Origin: an uncultured Bacteroidales bacterium | GTDB lineage: Bacteria > Bacteroidota > Bacteroidia > Bacteroidales > P3 | Assembly (NCBI GenBank): GCA_947176325.1 | Contig: CAMWQD010000001.1 | Location: 1 to 36,548 of the forward strand | Direction of reading: 5' to 3' | DNA length: 36,548 nt | Shown here: positions 1-8,881 of the stretch, in pieces | How the letters are laid out: each line of letters begins with the position of its first letter | How positions within the stretch are numbered: position 1 is the stretch's first letter | Program-made: the position numbers and the translations under genes | Notes under the pieces: model-generated | The model's input: the letters and a program-made list of their open reading frames with translations, nothing else | Databases searched by the model: none | Told to the model about the DNA's origin: nothing

Positions 1-154
1 CTGATCTCGAAAATGGAGGAGTTGCAAGCGCGGTTTCGTTCAATTTGATTTAGGTGATACGGGGTGCTGTAAGCAAGATTGCTTGGCTCTACTCTCAAAT
101 TTTCGTACTTTTAAAACTGTATCGGTATGAACCAACAGGATGTAAACATTCGCA

Positions 155-1405
155 TTACTGGCGGGCGTCCATTTTCAGGAAAACGAAGAGCAGGAGGGTG
201 AAAGACCACAGCGAGGAGCCTCCGTAGCTGAAAAAAGGAAGCGGGATGCCGATAACGGGCAATAGGCCGATAGTCATTCCCACATTCACAAAAAGATGCA
301 GGAAGAAAATGCAGGCCACGCCGTAGCCGTAGACGCGGTAGTAGGGCTGCCGCTGCCGCTCGGCCATCTTAACCAGACGGACGATAAGCCAAAGATAGGC
401 GGCCAAGAAGACCGTGCAGCCCACCCATCCCCATTCTTCGCCTATCGTGCAGAAGATGAAGTCGGTGCTTTGTTCGGGCACAAAATTGAATTTGGTCTGC
501 GTGCCTTGCAGATAGCCTTTCCCTGTAAAACCGCCGCTGCCGATGGCAATCTTGGATTGGTTGACGTTATAGCCCGCCCCCTTTACATCGGGGTCGAGCC
601 CCAGCACCACATTGATACGCTGCTGCTGGTGGGGACTGAGTTTGTGAAAGGCGTAATCCACGCCCACCACATAGCTCGAACAAGCCGCAAAGAACAGAAC
701 ACCGAGAGCGATATTCTTGAATGTCTTTTTGTTGCGGAATATCAAGAAGCCTATCACAAGGGCTATGGCGCCGATAATGACATAGTTGTTGACCAAGAGG
801 GCGGCGATGAAAAGGATAATGGCGATAAGGCCCGCCCAAAGCACTTTCCCGGTCATGCCCTCGCGATAAAGCACCAATACGAAAGAGAGGAACACAAGTG
901 CCGAACCTGCGTCGGGTTGCAGAAGAATCAACATCATGGGCACCAAAAACCAAAGGGCGGCGGTGATTTGGTTCTTCACTTTCTTCATGTTGAGCGCAGG
1001 ATGCGACACGTATTTGGCAAAGGCCAGACAGGTGGCCACCTTGGCGAATTCGGAAGGTTGCAGGGAGATAGGCCCCAGCTTAATCCAAGAACGGGCACCC
1101 GAAATCTTGGTACCCACCACCAAAACGGCCAGCAGCAAGAGAATGGCTATGCCGTAGTAGAGATAGGCAAACTGCGTGAATACCCGCAAGTCCGCCACCA
1201 AGACAAAGAGGGCGAGCAGGAAAGCGAATCCGATGAAAAGAAGCTGTTTGCCATAACGGGCGGCCAACTGGAAGCCTTCGGTGGTTTCGGGGTCGTAGAC
1301 CACCGAATAGATATTGAACCACCCCGCTATCACCAAAAAGAGGTAGATGAGGAGGACGGGCTTATCCAAGTCCTTCCAAATTCGTTGTGTATGATTGTTT
1401 TCCAT
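155..1405 (-). CDS. rodA: SEDS-family peptidoglycan polymerase RodA (rod shape-determining protein)
   Basis: 416-aa ATG-initiated ORF with about 10 hydrophobic spans. It carries FtsW/RodA/SpoVE hallmarks (SLQPSEFAKV, LLQPDAGSAL, PLPFFSYGGSS). It lies 30 bp downstream of the PBP2 gene on the same strand. Confidence 0.9.
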   Translation of the reverse strand: MENNHTQRIWKDLDKPVLLIYLFLVIAGWFNIYSVVYDPETTEGFQLAARYGKQLLFIGFAFLLALFVLVADLRVFTQFAYLYYGIAILLLLAVLVVGTKISGARSWIKLGPISLQPSEFAKVATCLAFAKYVSHPALNMKKVKNQITAALWFLVPMMLILLQPDAGSALVFLSFVLVLYREGMTGKVLWAGLIAIILFIAALLVNNYVIIGAIALVIGFLIFRNKKTFKNIALGVLFFAACSSYVVGVDYAFHKLSPHQQQRINVVLGLDPDVKGAGYNVNQSKIAIGSGGFTGKGYLQGTQTKFNFVPEQSTDFIFCTIGEEWGWVGCTVFLAAYLWLIVRLVKMAERQRQPYYRVYGYGVACIFFLHLFVNVGMTIGLLPVIGIPLPFFSYGGSSLWSFTLLLFVFLKMDARQ

Positions 1406-1435
1406 TGTCTTTTCCTTAATGCGCGGGCGGGCCGA

Positions 1436-3289
1436 TTAATGTGCGGGCGGGCCGATGATTCTACCGTTTTCGTCGTAGGTGAAAATGGTGAAGTCGTGCA
1501 CCTGTTCTTCCAACCACTTGCGCTGCACCTTGCCCGTGAGGTATTTTTCTATCAACAGGCTGGCGGTAGGCGCCGCCCATGTGCCGCCGAAACCGCTGTT
1601 TTCCAAAAACACCGATACGGCGATTTGGGGGTTGTCTTTGGGGGCGAAGCCGATAAACACCGCATGATCCTTACCGTGCGGATTCTGCGAGGTGCCGGTT
1701 TTGCCGCACACCACAATGCTGTCGATATGGGCGCGCCGCGCGGTGCCGCCCGGCAGGTGCACCGCTCCATACATACCCTCCACCACCGGTTCGTAGTGTT
1801 TTTTGTCGATAGGCGGCACGCGCGGCGACAAATCCATTTCGGGAGGACGCTGGTCTTCGCCGATAGCCCGCACCAAATGCGGCGTGATATAGTAGCCCCG
1901 ATTGGCCATAATCGCCGCCAAATTCACCATTTGCAAAGGAATCAAACTCACTTCACCCTGCCCTATGCTCAACGAATAGATAGTGCTGAACGCCCATTGG
2001 TTCTTGCCGTAATAGCGGTCGAAATAGGCCGCGTCGGGAATATAGCCCGCCTTGGCATCGCTCAAGTCTATATCCAGACGGGTGCCGAAACCGAAAGTCT
2101 TGATGTATTTGTTCCATTGCTCCATGCCGAGACGGCTGTCTATAAAGCGGTTCGGATCTTTCCCCTGCATGATGACCCTGCGGAATACCTGATAGAAATA
2201 GGGATTGCAGGAATTTCGCACACCCTCCGCCACCGACAGCGCATCGGCATGATTGTGGCAACCCACAAGGCTTTTGTCGCAAGGAAAACCGGTGCCCGCG
2301 CGGATTACTCCCTCCTGCAAACCAATCAAAGCCTGCGGAAGCTTGAAAATGGAGCCCGGCGGATAGTAGGCCATGAGCGCACGGTTGAACAAAGGTTTCT
2401 GCGGGTCGGTCAGCAGCATGTTGTAGTTGCGGCTGCGCACACGCCCCACCATGAGGTTGGGGTCGTAACCGGGCGCGGACACCAACGCAAGCACCTCTCC
2501 CGTAGCGGGTTCCACGGCCACGATACTGCCCCGCTTGCCCTGCATCAGCCACTCGGCATATTCCTGCAGACCCGCGTCGAGCGTGGTGTAGAGTTTCTCT
2601 CCCGGAATGGGAAGCGAATCCAACGCCCCCTCCTTATAGCTGCCCTTTTCCCGATTCCGCACATCCACCATCACCACCTTCACCCCTTTCTTGCCCCGCA
2701 ATTCCTCTTCGTAGAACTTTTCCAAACCGCTCTTGCCGATGTAATCTCCCGGCTGATAGTGCGGATTGCGTTTGATTTCCTCTTCGCTCACCTCCCCCAC
2801 ATCGCCCAACACATGCGCCGCAATAGGCTTGGGATAGCGACGGAGCGTGCGGCTCTGCACGTCGAATCCGGGAAAGAGATAGAGATATTCCTGCAAACGT
2901 CCGTAAACCTCTTTCGAAATCTGCCGCTCGAACACCGACTGCGCATAGCGCGAGTAGGCGCGGGCCTTGGCATAGCGTTCCCGCACCCCCGCCGAATCGA
3001 GCTCCAGCAAATCGGCCAGCAGATTCCAGTCTGTTTCGTCCACCGACACCTGCCCGGGAATCACCATAAGGTCGTAGACAGGCTCGTTATAGACAATGAT
3101 TTCGCCGTTGCGGTCTAAGATGAGACCCCGTCCGGGATATTGCACTTTGTTGCGGATGGTGTTGTTCTGCGCTTCGCTGGCGTAGTCGTCTATAATCTGC
3201 AATTGAAACAGGCGAATCCAATATATCACCCCCACCGCCAGGAAAATAGCGATTAAGACTGCACTTTTATTCAGGGTATAGCGTTTCAT
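1436..3289 (-). CDS. mrdA: Penicillin-binding protein 2 (elongasome class B transpeptidase)
   Basis: 617 aa with an N-terminal membrane anchor and a PBP dimerisation region. Transpeptidase triad is present: SxxK (GSIFK), SxN-like SIGQG and KTGT (CGKTGTSQ). It is paired with rodA immediately downstream. Confidence 0.9.
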   Translation of the reverse strand: MKRYTLNKSAVLIAIFLAVGVIYWIRLFQLQIIDDYASEAQNNTIRNKVQYPGRGLILDRNGEIIVYNEPVYDLMVIPGQVSVDETDWNLLADLLELDSAGVRERYAKARAYSRYAQSVFERQISKEVYGRLQEYLYLFPGFDVQSRTLRRYPKPIAAHVLGDVGEVSEEEIKRNPHYQPGDYIGKSGLEKFYEEELRGKKGVKVVMVDVRNREKGSYKEGALDSLPIPGEKLYTTLDAGLQEYAEWLMQGKRGSIVAVEPATGEVLALVSAPGYDPNLMVGRVRSRNYNMLLTDPQKPLFNRALMAYYPPGSIFKLPQALIGLQEGVIRAGTGFPCDKSLVGCHNHADALSVAEGVRNSCNPYFYQVFRRVIMQGKDPNRFIDSRLGMEQWNKYIKTFGFGTRLDIDLSDAKAGYIPDAAYFDRYYGKNQWAFSTIYSLSIGQGEVSLIPLQMVNLAAIMANRGYYITPHLVRAIGEDQRPPEMDLSPRVPPIDKKHYEPVVEGMYGAVHLPGGTARRAHIDSIVVCGKTGTSQNPHGKDHAVFIGFAPKDNPQIAVSVFLENSGFGGTWAAPTASLLIEKYLTGKVQRKWLEEQVHDFTIFTYDENGRIIGPPAH

Positions 3290-3290
3290 C

Positions 3291-3818
3291 TCAAAGTCGG
3301 ATTGGGTCTGTATAAATCACATTGCTTCTGTGCAACGCACGGTCGTAGAGGTAGATGCCGTAACAAATCGTATTGTTTTCCAACATACTCGCCGTGATGG
3401 CGAAATCGTCCACTTTCCAGCGGATGAGGCCGCTGAGCGAATGGTTGGCGTTGACAGGTTCCATATAATGCAAGTGATAGTGGTAGGCTATGGGATGCCA
3501 TTCGCCCGTTGTGTCGGGCAGGTAGACGCTTTCGAGAAGGCTATCGGAAAGCACTTTGTATAATTGAAAATGAAGATTGTAGAGAGAGTCGCCGCCCCCT
3601 ATATCGCCGTCTCCGTCTTGAAAATAAAACTCCACTTCGAGGGAGGGTATGCTGTCTCCCGCCGCGGTGGGCGTGTAGGTGAGGATATTTTGACGAAATT
3701 CCAGATAGGGTTCTATGGGAAAGGTCTTCGGCTTGACGCAGGAAACCACGAGCGGGGCAAGCACGCAGAATGCCGCCAGCAAAGGCAATCTCAGAAAAAT
3801 GCGTACTTTTGGCGGCAT
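3291..3818 (-). CDS. Hypothetical lipoprotein with a DGDGDIG acidic motif, tightly coupled to mrdA
   Basis: The signal peptide MPPKVRIFLRLPLLAAFCVLAPLVVSC ends in a lipobox Cys. The stop codon lies 1 nt from the mrdA ATG. The start is placed at the internal ATG 3818 rather than 3866, because a TAAATTTG -7 box (3871-3878, minus) sits only 5 nt from the 3866 ATG. No recognisable family. Confidence 0.6.
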   Translation of the reverse strand: MPPKVRIFLRLPLLAAFCVLAPLVVSCVKPKTFPIEPYLEFRQNILTYTPTAAGDSIPSLEVEFYFQDGDGDIGGGDSLYNLHFQLYKVLSDSLLESVYLPDTTGEWHPIAYHYHLHYMEPVNANHSLSGLIRWKVDDFAITASMLENNTICYGIYLYDRALHRSNVIYTDPIRL

Positions 3819-3870
3819 AGTGTTCGGGGTTTGGGTTATGCGCCGCAGGGTATCCTGAGGCCGCAACCGA

Positions 3871-3878
3871 CAAATTTA
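3871..3878 (-). promoter_or_regulatory. Candidate Bacteroidetes -7 promoter element (TAAATTTG) for the lipoprotein-mrdA-rodA operon
   Basis: Exact match to the TAnnTTTG consensus on the minus strand, 53 nt upstream of the ATG at 3818, within the divergent intergenic region. Confidence 0.4.
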
Positions 3879-3884
3879 CAAAAA

Positions 3885-4916
3885 ATGCACACACAAGAGC
3901 AGTTAATTGCCCTTTCTTCAAAGATTTTCGAGATTCGGAACGAAGACGATTTCCGCAACCTTGCCTTGGCGTTGTTTCATCTTCATTACGAACAGAATTC
4001 TGTTTACCGTGAGTATGTGCAAGCGCTTGATTCTTCGTTTGATGCACATGAGGTGAAAACGCTCCGACAGATTCCCTTTCTGCCTATCGAGGTTTTTAAG
4101 ACGCGCAAGGTGTTTTTGGAGGGTATCGAAAGCGAACACTATTTTCTGAGTTCGGGAACCGGCTCGCAGGGAGCGGTGCGGAGTACGCATCAGATGGGCA
4201 GTCTGGCGCATTACCGCCGATGCTTTACGCGCGGATTTGAGCATTTTTTCGGCGATGTGCGCCGCTATGCGTTTTTCGCGCTCACGCCCGAACCCGCTTC
4301 ACAACCGCATTCCTCGCTGATTTATATGCTGCAAGGACTTATGGAGGAAAGCGGCCATCCCGAGAACGGTTTTTATCTGAACAAGGAAGATGAATTGGCC
4401 GAAAAGTTGCGCGCCTATATGCAGAACGGGGCTTCGCAAGCCGTGAAGCCTGTGCTTTTCGGGCTCAGTTATGCACTTTGGGACTTGGCCGAAAAATATC
4501 CCTTGGATTTGTCGCAGGCCTTGATTTTCGAGACGGGCGGCATGAAAGGCAAACGGCAGGAACTGCCCAAGGAGGAGTTTCACGCCATCTTGAAAAAAGC
4601 CTTCCGGGTGCCTGCCGTGCTTTCGGAATACGGTATGTGCGAACTCACCTCGCAAGCCTATATCACCGATACGGAATATCGTTTTTCCTGCCCTCCGTGG
4701 ATGCGCGTGATGATTCGCAAAACCCTCGACCCGCTGCAATACGAGAACTTCAACCGCATGGGCGGCATCAACATCATAGACCTCGGCAATCTCTATTCCT
4801 GCCCCTTCATCGCCACACAAGACTTAGGCATCCAATATCCCGACCTCTCTTTCGAAGTCAAGGGACGCTTCGCCCACAGCGATATACGGGGTTGTAACCT
4901 GATGATAGGAGAATAA
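3885..4916 (+). CDS. LuxE/PaaK-like acyl-protein synthetase (adenylate-forming enzyme), stand-alone
   Basis: The start is taken at ATG 3885 (MHTQEQLIALSSKIFEIRNEDDF...), because the upstream part of ORF 3564-4916 overlaps the divergent lipoprotein gene. It shows N-terminal LuxE-family architecture and an SSGTGSQG nucleotide-binding loop. About 343 aa. Confidence 0.6.
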   Translation: MHTQEQLIALSSKIFEIRNEDDFRNLALALFHLHYEQNSVYREYVQALDSSFDAHEVKTLRQIPFLPIEVFKTRKVFLEGIESEHYFLSSGTGSQGAVRSTHQMGSLAHYRRCFTRGFEHFFGDVRRYAFFALTPEPASQPHSSLIYMLQGLMEESGHPENGFYLNKEDELAEKLRAYMQNGASQAVKPVLFGLSYALWDLAEKYPLDLSQALIFETGGMKGKRQELPKEEFHAILKKAFRVPAVLSEYGMCELTSQAYITDTEYRFSCPPWMRVMIRKTLDPLQYENFNRMGGINIIDLGNLYSCPFIATQDLGIQYPDLSFEVKGRFAHSDIRGCNLMIGE

Positions 4917-4925
4917 TCGGAAACG

Positions 4926-6869
4926 CTATTCGATGTCCCAAGTTTCCTCTATGCGCCAATCGGCTTCCACTTGGAGCGTCTTGGGAAAATAGTAGCGTTT
5001 TTCGGGCTGGAGGCGGGCGGGATAGTGACCCACATCCCAGCGGGCATCGTTATTGGGATCTTCAAAAAGCACAAAAGTTACGCTACCGGGTTTTACATAG
5101 GGAAATTCCACAGTCTGCGCGCGTTTTCCGTCTATCTCGGCATCGCCGGCGCCACCTTGCAGACTTCTTTGAAACAAAACGGTTTTATAGTTGCTCGTGG
5201 CATTCACCATCTGCAACACATAATTCTTTCCCTCTTCCAAACCTAAAAGGCTCACCGCCACCTGTCCGAAATTGAGCGGATCGGACACCGAAAAACGCAA
5301 AAACGTAGTGTCTATGGGGCGGCCGAAGGGGTCGGAGAAGCAGGTGGGAGGCAGAAAAAGTTGATAGGCCGCGCCCTGTTTCCACGCATAGGAGAGAGAA
5401 ATCCGTTGCGGATGAATACGCTCGACACGCACGTTCCGCATATCGATTTCGGTGGTGTCCTTGCGGTTTTCCTCGTCCGTAAAATATTGGTATAAGCGTG
5501 CTTGCTCCAAGTCTATTTCTTCCAAGGGAAGCGTGAAACCCAGCACCAGGCTATCGGTGTGCAGGAAAGTGGAGGCTTGCGCCGAAACGCGAAAAGCCGT
5601 GGTGTCTTTGGAACGCGCCGCCGACATGGGAAGCGTAAGCTCCACCGTATCGGCATACTCCCCGTTGTGAATCACCAAACGCAAATCGTCAACGGCATAG
5701 TTGTTGAACCACAGTTTGGTCTGCAAAGGGTCGTCCTGCGCAATTTCAAGCATCCGCAAACGCAGAGGCCAGGTGAGGTCGGGCAACTCGGCCGTGTCGG
5801 CGGGGCGTGTACCCGCCCGACGGGAACGACGGTCGCGCTTGCCCTCCACAGACAGCGTATCGGCGGCTTTCTGTGCCTGCGCCACAATCTCTTCATCGGC
5901 GTAGGAGGGCAAAAACTCATAACGGAGCGTGGAAGAATCTGGTTTATAATACCATGTCAGGAGAATTTCGCCCCGCGCATTCCATTTAGACTCTTTCAAG
6001 AAAACATCCTCCTGCCAATCCTGATAGAGAAACAAACGGTGATTGTGTTCTTCCGCCGCACCGAAAGCCGTTCTTTTGGCTCGCTGCAAAGCCGTATCGT
6101 AGGCGGCACGAATCGCGGTGTCGCTCTCTTTCTGACGGGCGGATTTCGAAAAGAGCACCGGCGCTTGAAAAGCCTGCGTCTGCCAGCAATCTTCCGAAAA
6201 AGCCATTTTCTCCTCAACAGGATTAAGTTGATAATCATGGCTTTCTTCGGCTATCGCCAACACGTGGTAACAGCCCTCCTTGATGTGCGAAAACGTAAAG
6301 AAACCTTCTGCATCGGTAACGGAGACATAGGCGGGCGGCGTTGCGGGCGGGTATTCGGAGGGAATTTGCGCATAGAGCAGAACCGAAGCCTCCTTGACAG
6401 GTTTGTTGTCGAAGGCATCGAGCAAAATTCCCGAAAGGAAACCGCTGTCTATGGTCTTTCCCGTAGAAAACACATAGGTGAAATCGCGCAGGGGCGTAGA
6501 CTCGTGCAAATCGCCCACAGCATCCTTGAAATTAATGGAATAGGTTACCCCTTCGGCCAAAGAATCTTCGATAAGCACCGTCACCGTCTTGAGGTTGGAG
6601 CTGTAGGAAATCCTTTCCAAAGGCGGGGAAACGATGATTTTATCGGTTTTCTGCAACACCACGAATTCATCGAAAGTTAGATTGATTTTATCGTGGGTGA
6701 AACCGACGGTGCCTTGCGGGGGCTCGGCCTTCAGAAGCACGGGGGGAGCCAGATCCTTGGGGCCTCCCGTGGGCGCGGAGCTGTAGTTGGCGCACGAAAC
6801 GGCCAGGCCTGCCATCACCACAAGCAACATCGCCCTGCATCCGAAAAACGTCCAAGTCTGTCTTTTCAT
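4926..6869 (-). CDS. Ig-like (SbsA/Big_5-type) domain lipoprotein with a CarboxypepD_reg-like beta-sandwich
   Basis: 647 aa with signal peptide and lipobox (LAVSCANYSS). The N-terminal PPVLLKAEPPQGTVGF...INLTFDEFV segment is typical of Bacteroidetes Ig-like lipoproteins. The GILLDAFDNKPVKEASVLLY...TDAEGFFTF segment resembles a CarboxypepD_reg domain. It lies 28 bp downstream of the U32 gene. Confidence 0.6.
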   Translation of the reverse strand: MKRQTWTFFGCRAMLLVVMAGLAVSCANYSSAPTGGPKDLAPPVLLKAEPPQGTVGFTHDKINLTFDEFVVLQKTDKIIVSPPLERISYSSNLKTVTVLIEDSLAEGVTYSINFKDAVGDLHESTPLRDFTYVFSTGKTIDSGFLSGILLDAFDNKPVKEASVLLYAQIPSEYPPATPPAYVSVTDAEGFFTFSHIKEGCYHVLAIAEESHDYQLNPVEEKMAFSEDCWQTQAFQAPVLFSKSARQKESDTAIRAAYDTALQRAKRTAFGAAEEHNHRLFLYQDWQEDVFLKESKWNARGEILLTWYYKPDSSTLRYEFLPSYADEEIVAQAQKAADTLSVEGKRDRRSRRAGTRPADTAELPDLTWPLRLRMLEIAQDDPLQTKLWFNNYAVDDLRLVIHNGEYADTVELTLPMSAARSKDTTAFRVSAQASTFLHTDSLVLGFTLPLEEIDLEQARLYQYFTDEENRKDTTEIDMRNVRVERIHPQRISLSYAWKQGAAYQLFLPPTCFSDPFGRPIDTTFLRFSVSDPLNFGQVAVSLLGLEEGKNYVLQMVNATSNYKTVLFQRSLQGGAGDAEIDGKRAQTVEFPYVKPGSVTFVLFEDPNNDARWDVGHYPARLQPEKRYYFPKTLQVEADWRIEETWDIE

Positions 6870-6897
6870 TTTTTTAATGTGAAAACACGCCCCGCGT

Positions 6898-8814
6898 TCA
6901 GCACGAGCGGACTTCCATTCGGCAAGCCTCGCAATCGAAACGCAATGCGAATTTATGGTTTGCCGAACGCAAAAACAAATCGCCCTTGAACTTGTCCGAC
7001 ACCTTGTCGCGCTTGAGGCATTGTCCCGTTTGGGCGCGGATGCAGTGTTTGCAGAGCATCAACGGCTCGTTGGGTTGCCGGCGGTGCTTCTCCATCTCCA
7101 GCTCGTAGGCAGGTTCCACCGACACTGCATCCGCGCCCGAATAAAGCCGCCGGGCGTAGCTGTTGGCACAGTTGGCGCGGTAGTCCAAAGACGGGGCGGG
7201 AACGGCAAGGTCTTTAACCACAGCCGAAACGGGCGTGGCCGCAACAACCGAGGCGGAGGGTCTATATCTTTCCTCCCGCAAAACATTCATCTTCTCCACC
7301 AAGTCGCGACGGACGCGGTTGAGCGTGGAAGCGGGCACAAAGAAAAATTCATCACCCTTGTATTCAAAACTTTCCAAGCGATAGGCCGTGCCTCCCAACT
7401 TGCCCGTCTGCGCGGCAAAATTGGCGGGCACCGCTTCGGGATTGCGGGCGGGCTGCACCTCGTCTTCGTTCAAAAACGCCTTCACCTCGTTGCCGTCTTC
7501 ATCCCTCCAATAAAAACATCTTTCCTTGGCATCGAACACGCCGTGCACGGCCAAAGTCCGCGAAAATGCAGCCGTCTGTAGGGTTTTGTCGAAAATCTTG
7601 TCGCGGTTGCGATAGAGAATCGCCCCCTCCGCAGGAAGCGATGCAGGATTTTGCGAAGGCGCCGCCATTTCCAAGCAAGAAAGATTCTTCTTTTTCTCCA
7701 CCCTTTCCACATGGCCGCCCTGCAAATCGCCACGCGCATCCACATAGCAGATTCCGTCGCCCGCCGAAAACTCGGCGTTTCCCTCCACCTGCAAATCCAA
7801 CCGCCAAAATCCCTCCCTGTTGCGTCGGAGTTCGGCCCTGCGCACCTTCCCCACCCTGCATCCCACGGCCTTAGGCGTTTCAAAAACCGCCCAATCCTCA
7901 CGCTTTCCCGACAAATTGAAAGAAGTGTATTCCCTATGAAAAGTTTTCTGCAAATCGGGCTGAAAATCGGTCTGCACCTCTCCCTGCGAGGCCTTGGCAT
8001 ATTGGGGAAAATTGCGCAAAACAGCATCCAAACGCTTGCGATACCAATATGTTACATTCTTCACATAATCCACCTCCTTCAAACGCCCTTCTATCTTGAG
8101 ACACGACACACCCGCACGCACCAAATCTTCCATATACGCATCGGCATTGAGGTCTTTCATGGAAAGCAGATAGCGGTTCCGCAGCAACACCTCCCCGCGC
8201 CCGTTAACCAAATCGTAGGGCAAGCGGCACGCCTGGCTGCACTCGCCCCGATTGCCGCTCCGCCCCGTGGTATAGCAACTCATATAGCACTGCCCGCTAT
8301 AACTTACGCACAACGCCCCATGCACAAAAGCCTCGGTTTCTATCTTCACCGCCTGCGAAATGGCCTCAATCTCGCGCAACGAAAGTTCGCGCGCCAAAAC
8401 CAAACGCTTAAAACCCAACGATTGCAGAAAAAGCGCTTTCTCCACACTGTCTATATGGCATTGGGTGCTGGCGTGAAGCTCGATAGGAGGCAAGCCCGCC
8501 TCCAACAATCCCAAATCCTGAATCAGCAGCGCATCCACGCCCATATTATAGGCCTGCCGCGCCAATTCCAAGGCCGCGGGCATTTCGTCTTCGTAAATTA
8601 AGGTGTTGAGCGTAAGAAACACACGGGCGGCGTAGCGGTGGGCATAACGCACCGTCTTTTCGATGTCCTGCAAGGAATTGGAAGCCCGCACCCGCGCACC
8701 GAAGGCCGGCCCGCCCATATACACGGCATCCGCACCGGCATCTATGGCCGCTTTCGCCACCTCAAAACCGGCGGCGGGAGCAAGAAGTTCCACTTTCTTC
8801 AACGTCTGCACCAT
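6898..8814 (-). CDS. U32-family peptidase-like protein, long form with C-terminal extension (RlhA/YdcP-like)
   Basis: Exact PROSITE-type U32 signature EAFVHGALCVSYSGQCYMS. The N-terminus ELLAPAAG...GADAVYMGGPAFGAR and the roughly 640-aa length match the long YdcP/RlhA architecture. The C-terminus is Cys-rich (CKHCIRAQTGQC...CEAC). The ORF-track start at 8823 is a TTG lying inside a -7 box, so the first ATG at 8814 (MVQTLKK) is used. Confidence 0.8.
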   Translation of the reverse strand: MVQTLKKVELLAPAAGFEVAKAAIDAGADAVYMGGPAFGARVRASNSLQDIEKTVRYAHRYAARVFLTLNTLIYEDEMPAALELARQAYNMGVDALLIQDLGLLEAGLPPIELHASTQCHIDSVEKALFLQSLGFKRLVLARELSLREIEAISQAVKIETEAFVHGALCVSYSGQCYMSCYTTGRSGNRGECSQACRLPYDLVNGRGEVLLRNRYLLSMKDLNADAYMEDLVRAGVSCLKIEGRLKEVDYVKNVTYWYRKRLDAVLRNFPQYAKASQGEVQTDFQPDLQKTFHREYTSFNLSGKREDWAVFETPKAVGCRVGKVRRAELRRNREGFWRLDLQVEGNAEFSAGDGICYVDARGDLQGGHVERVEKKKNLSCLEMAAPSQNPASLPAEGAILYRNRDKIFDKTLQTAAFSRTLAVHGVFDAKERCFYWRDEDGNEVKAFLNEDEVQPARNPEAVPANFAAQTGKLGGTAYRLESFEYKGDEFFFVPASTLNRVRRDLVEKMNVLREERYRPSASVVAATPVSAVVKDLAVPAPSLDYRANCANSYARRLYSGADAVSVEPAYELEMEKHRRQPNEPLMLCKHCIRAQTGQCLKRDKVSDKFKGDLFLRSANHKFALRFDCEACRMEVRSC

Positions 8815-8825
8815 ATTCCGCAAAT

Positions 8826-8859
8826 ATAAAAAAAGAGGCGTAGCCCACGCTACGCCTCT
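8826..8859 (-). terminator. Rho-independent terminator after the gldJ-like gene
   Basis: On the minus strand there is an 11-bp perfect stem, AGAGGCGTAGC-GTGG-GCTACGCCTCT, followed by a T-run (TTTTTTTA). It lies about 23 nt after the stop at 8882. Confidence 0.8.
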
Positions 8860-8881
8860 CTATCCTTTCTCCTTGAGGCCA

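Noticed and set aside
1-48. Possible 3' end of a plus-strand gene (frame 1 reads LISKMEELQARFRSI then a stop at 46-48).
   Set aside because: Only 15 codons are visible at the window edge, with no motif. It cannot be supported.
296-3118. A 940-aa plus-strand ORF spanning rodA and mrdA in antisense. Similar giants occur at 19059-21992 (977 aa), 13407-15296 (629 aa), 15385-17262 (625 aa), 8663-10429 (588 aa), 17263-18723, 25021-26418, 5502-6680 and 35348-36541.
   Set aside because: Each lies exactly antisense to a gene with clear family motifs and runs across intergenic gaps. Their compositions are low-complexity and rich in His, Arg, Gly and Val, with no recognisable domains. This is the usual stop-codon-poor shadow frame of GC-rich, codon-biased genes.
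3564-3884. N-terminal extensions in the ORF track: 3564-3884 (LuxE-like), 29022-29174 (acyltransferase, GTG start), 31410-31616 (mutA) and 33868-34152 (queD).
   Set aside because: The extensions overlap neighbouring genes or promoter regions and have non-protein-like composition. Family homology begins at the internal ATGs (3885, 29175, 31617, 34153).
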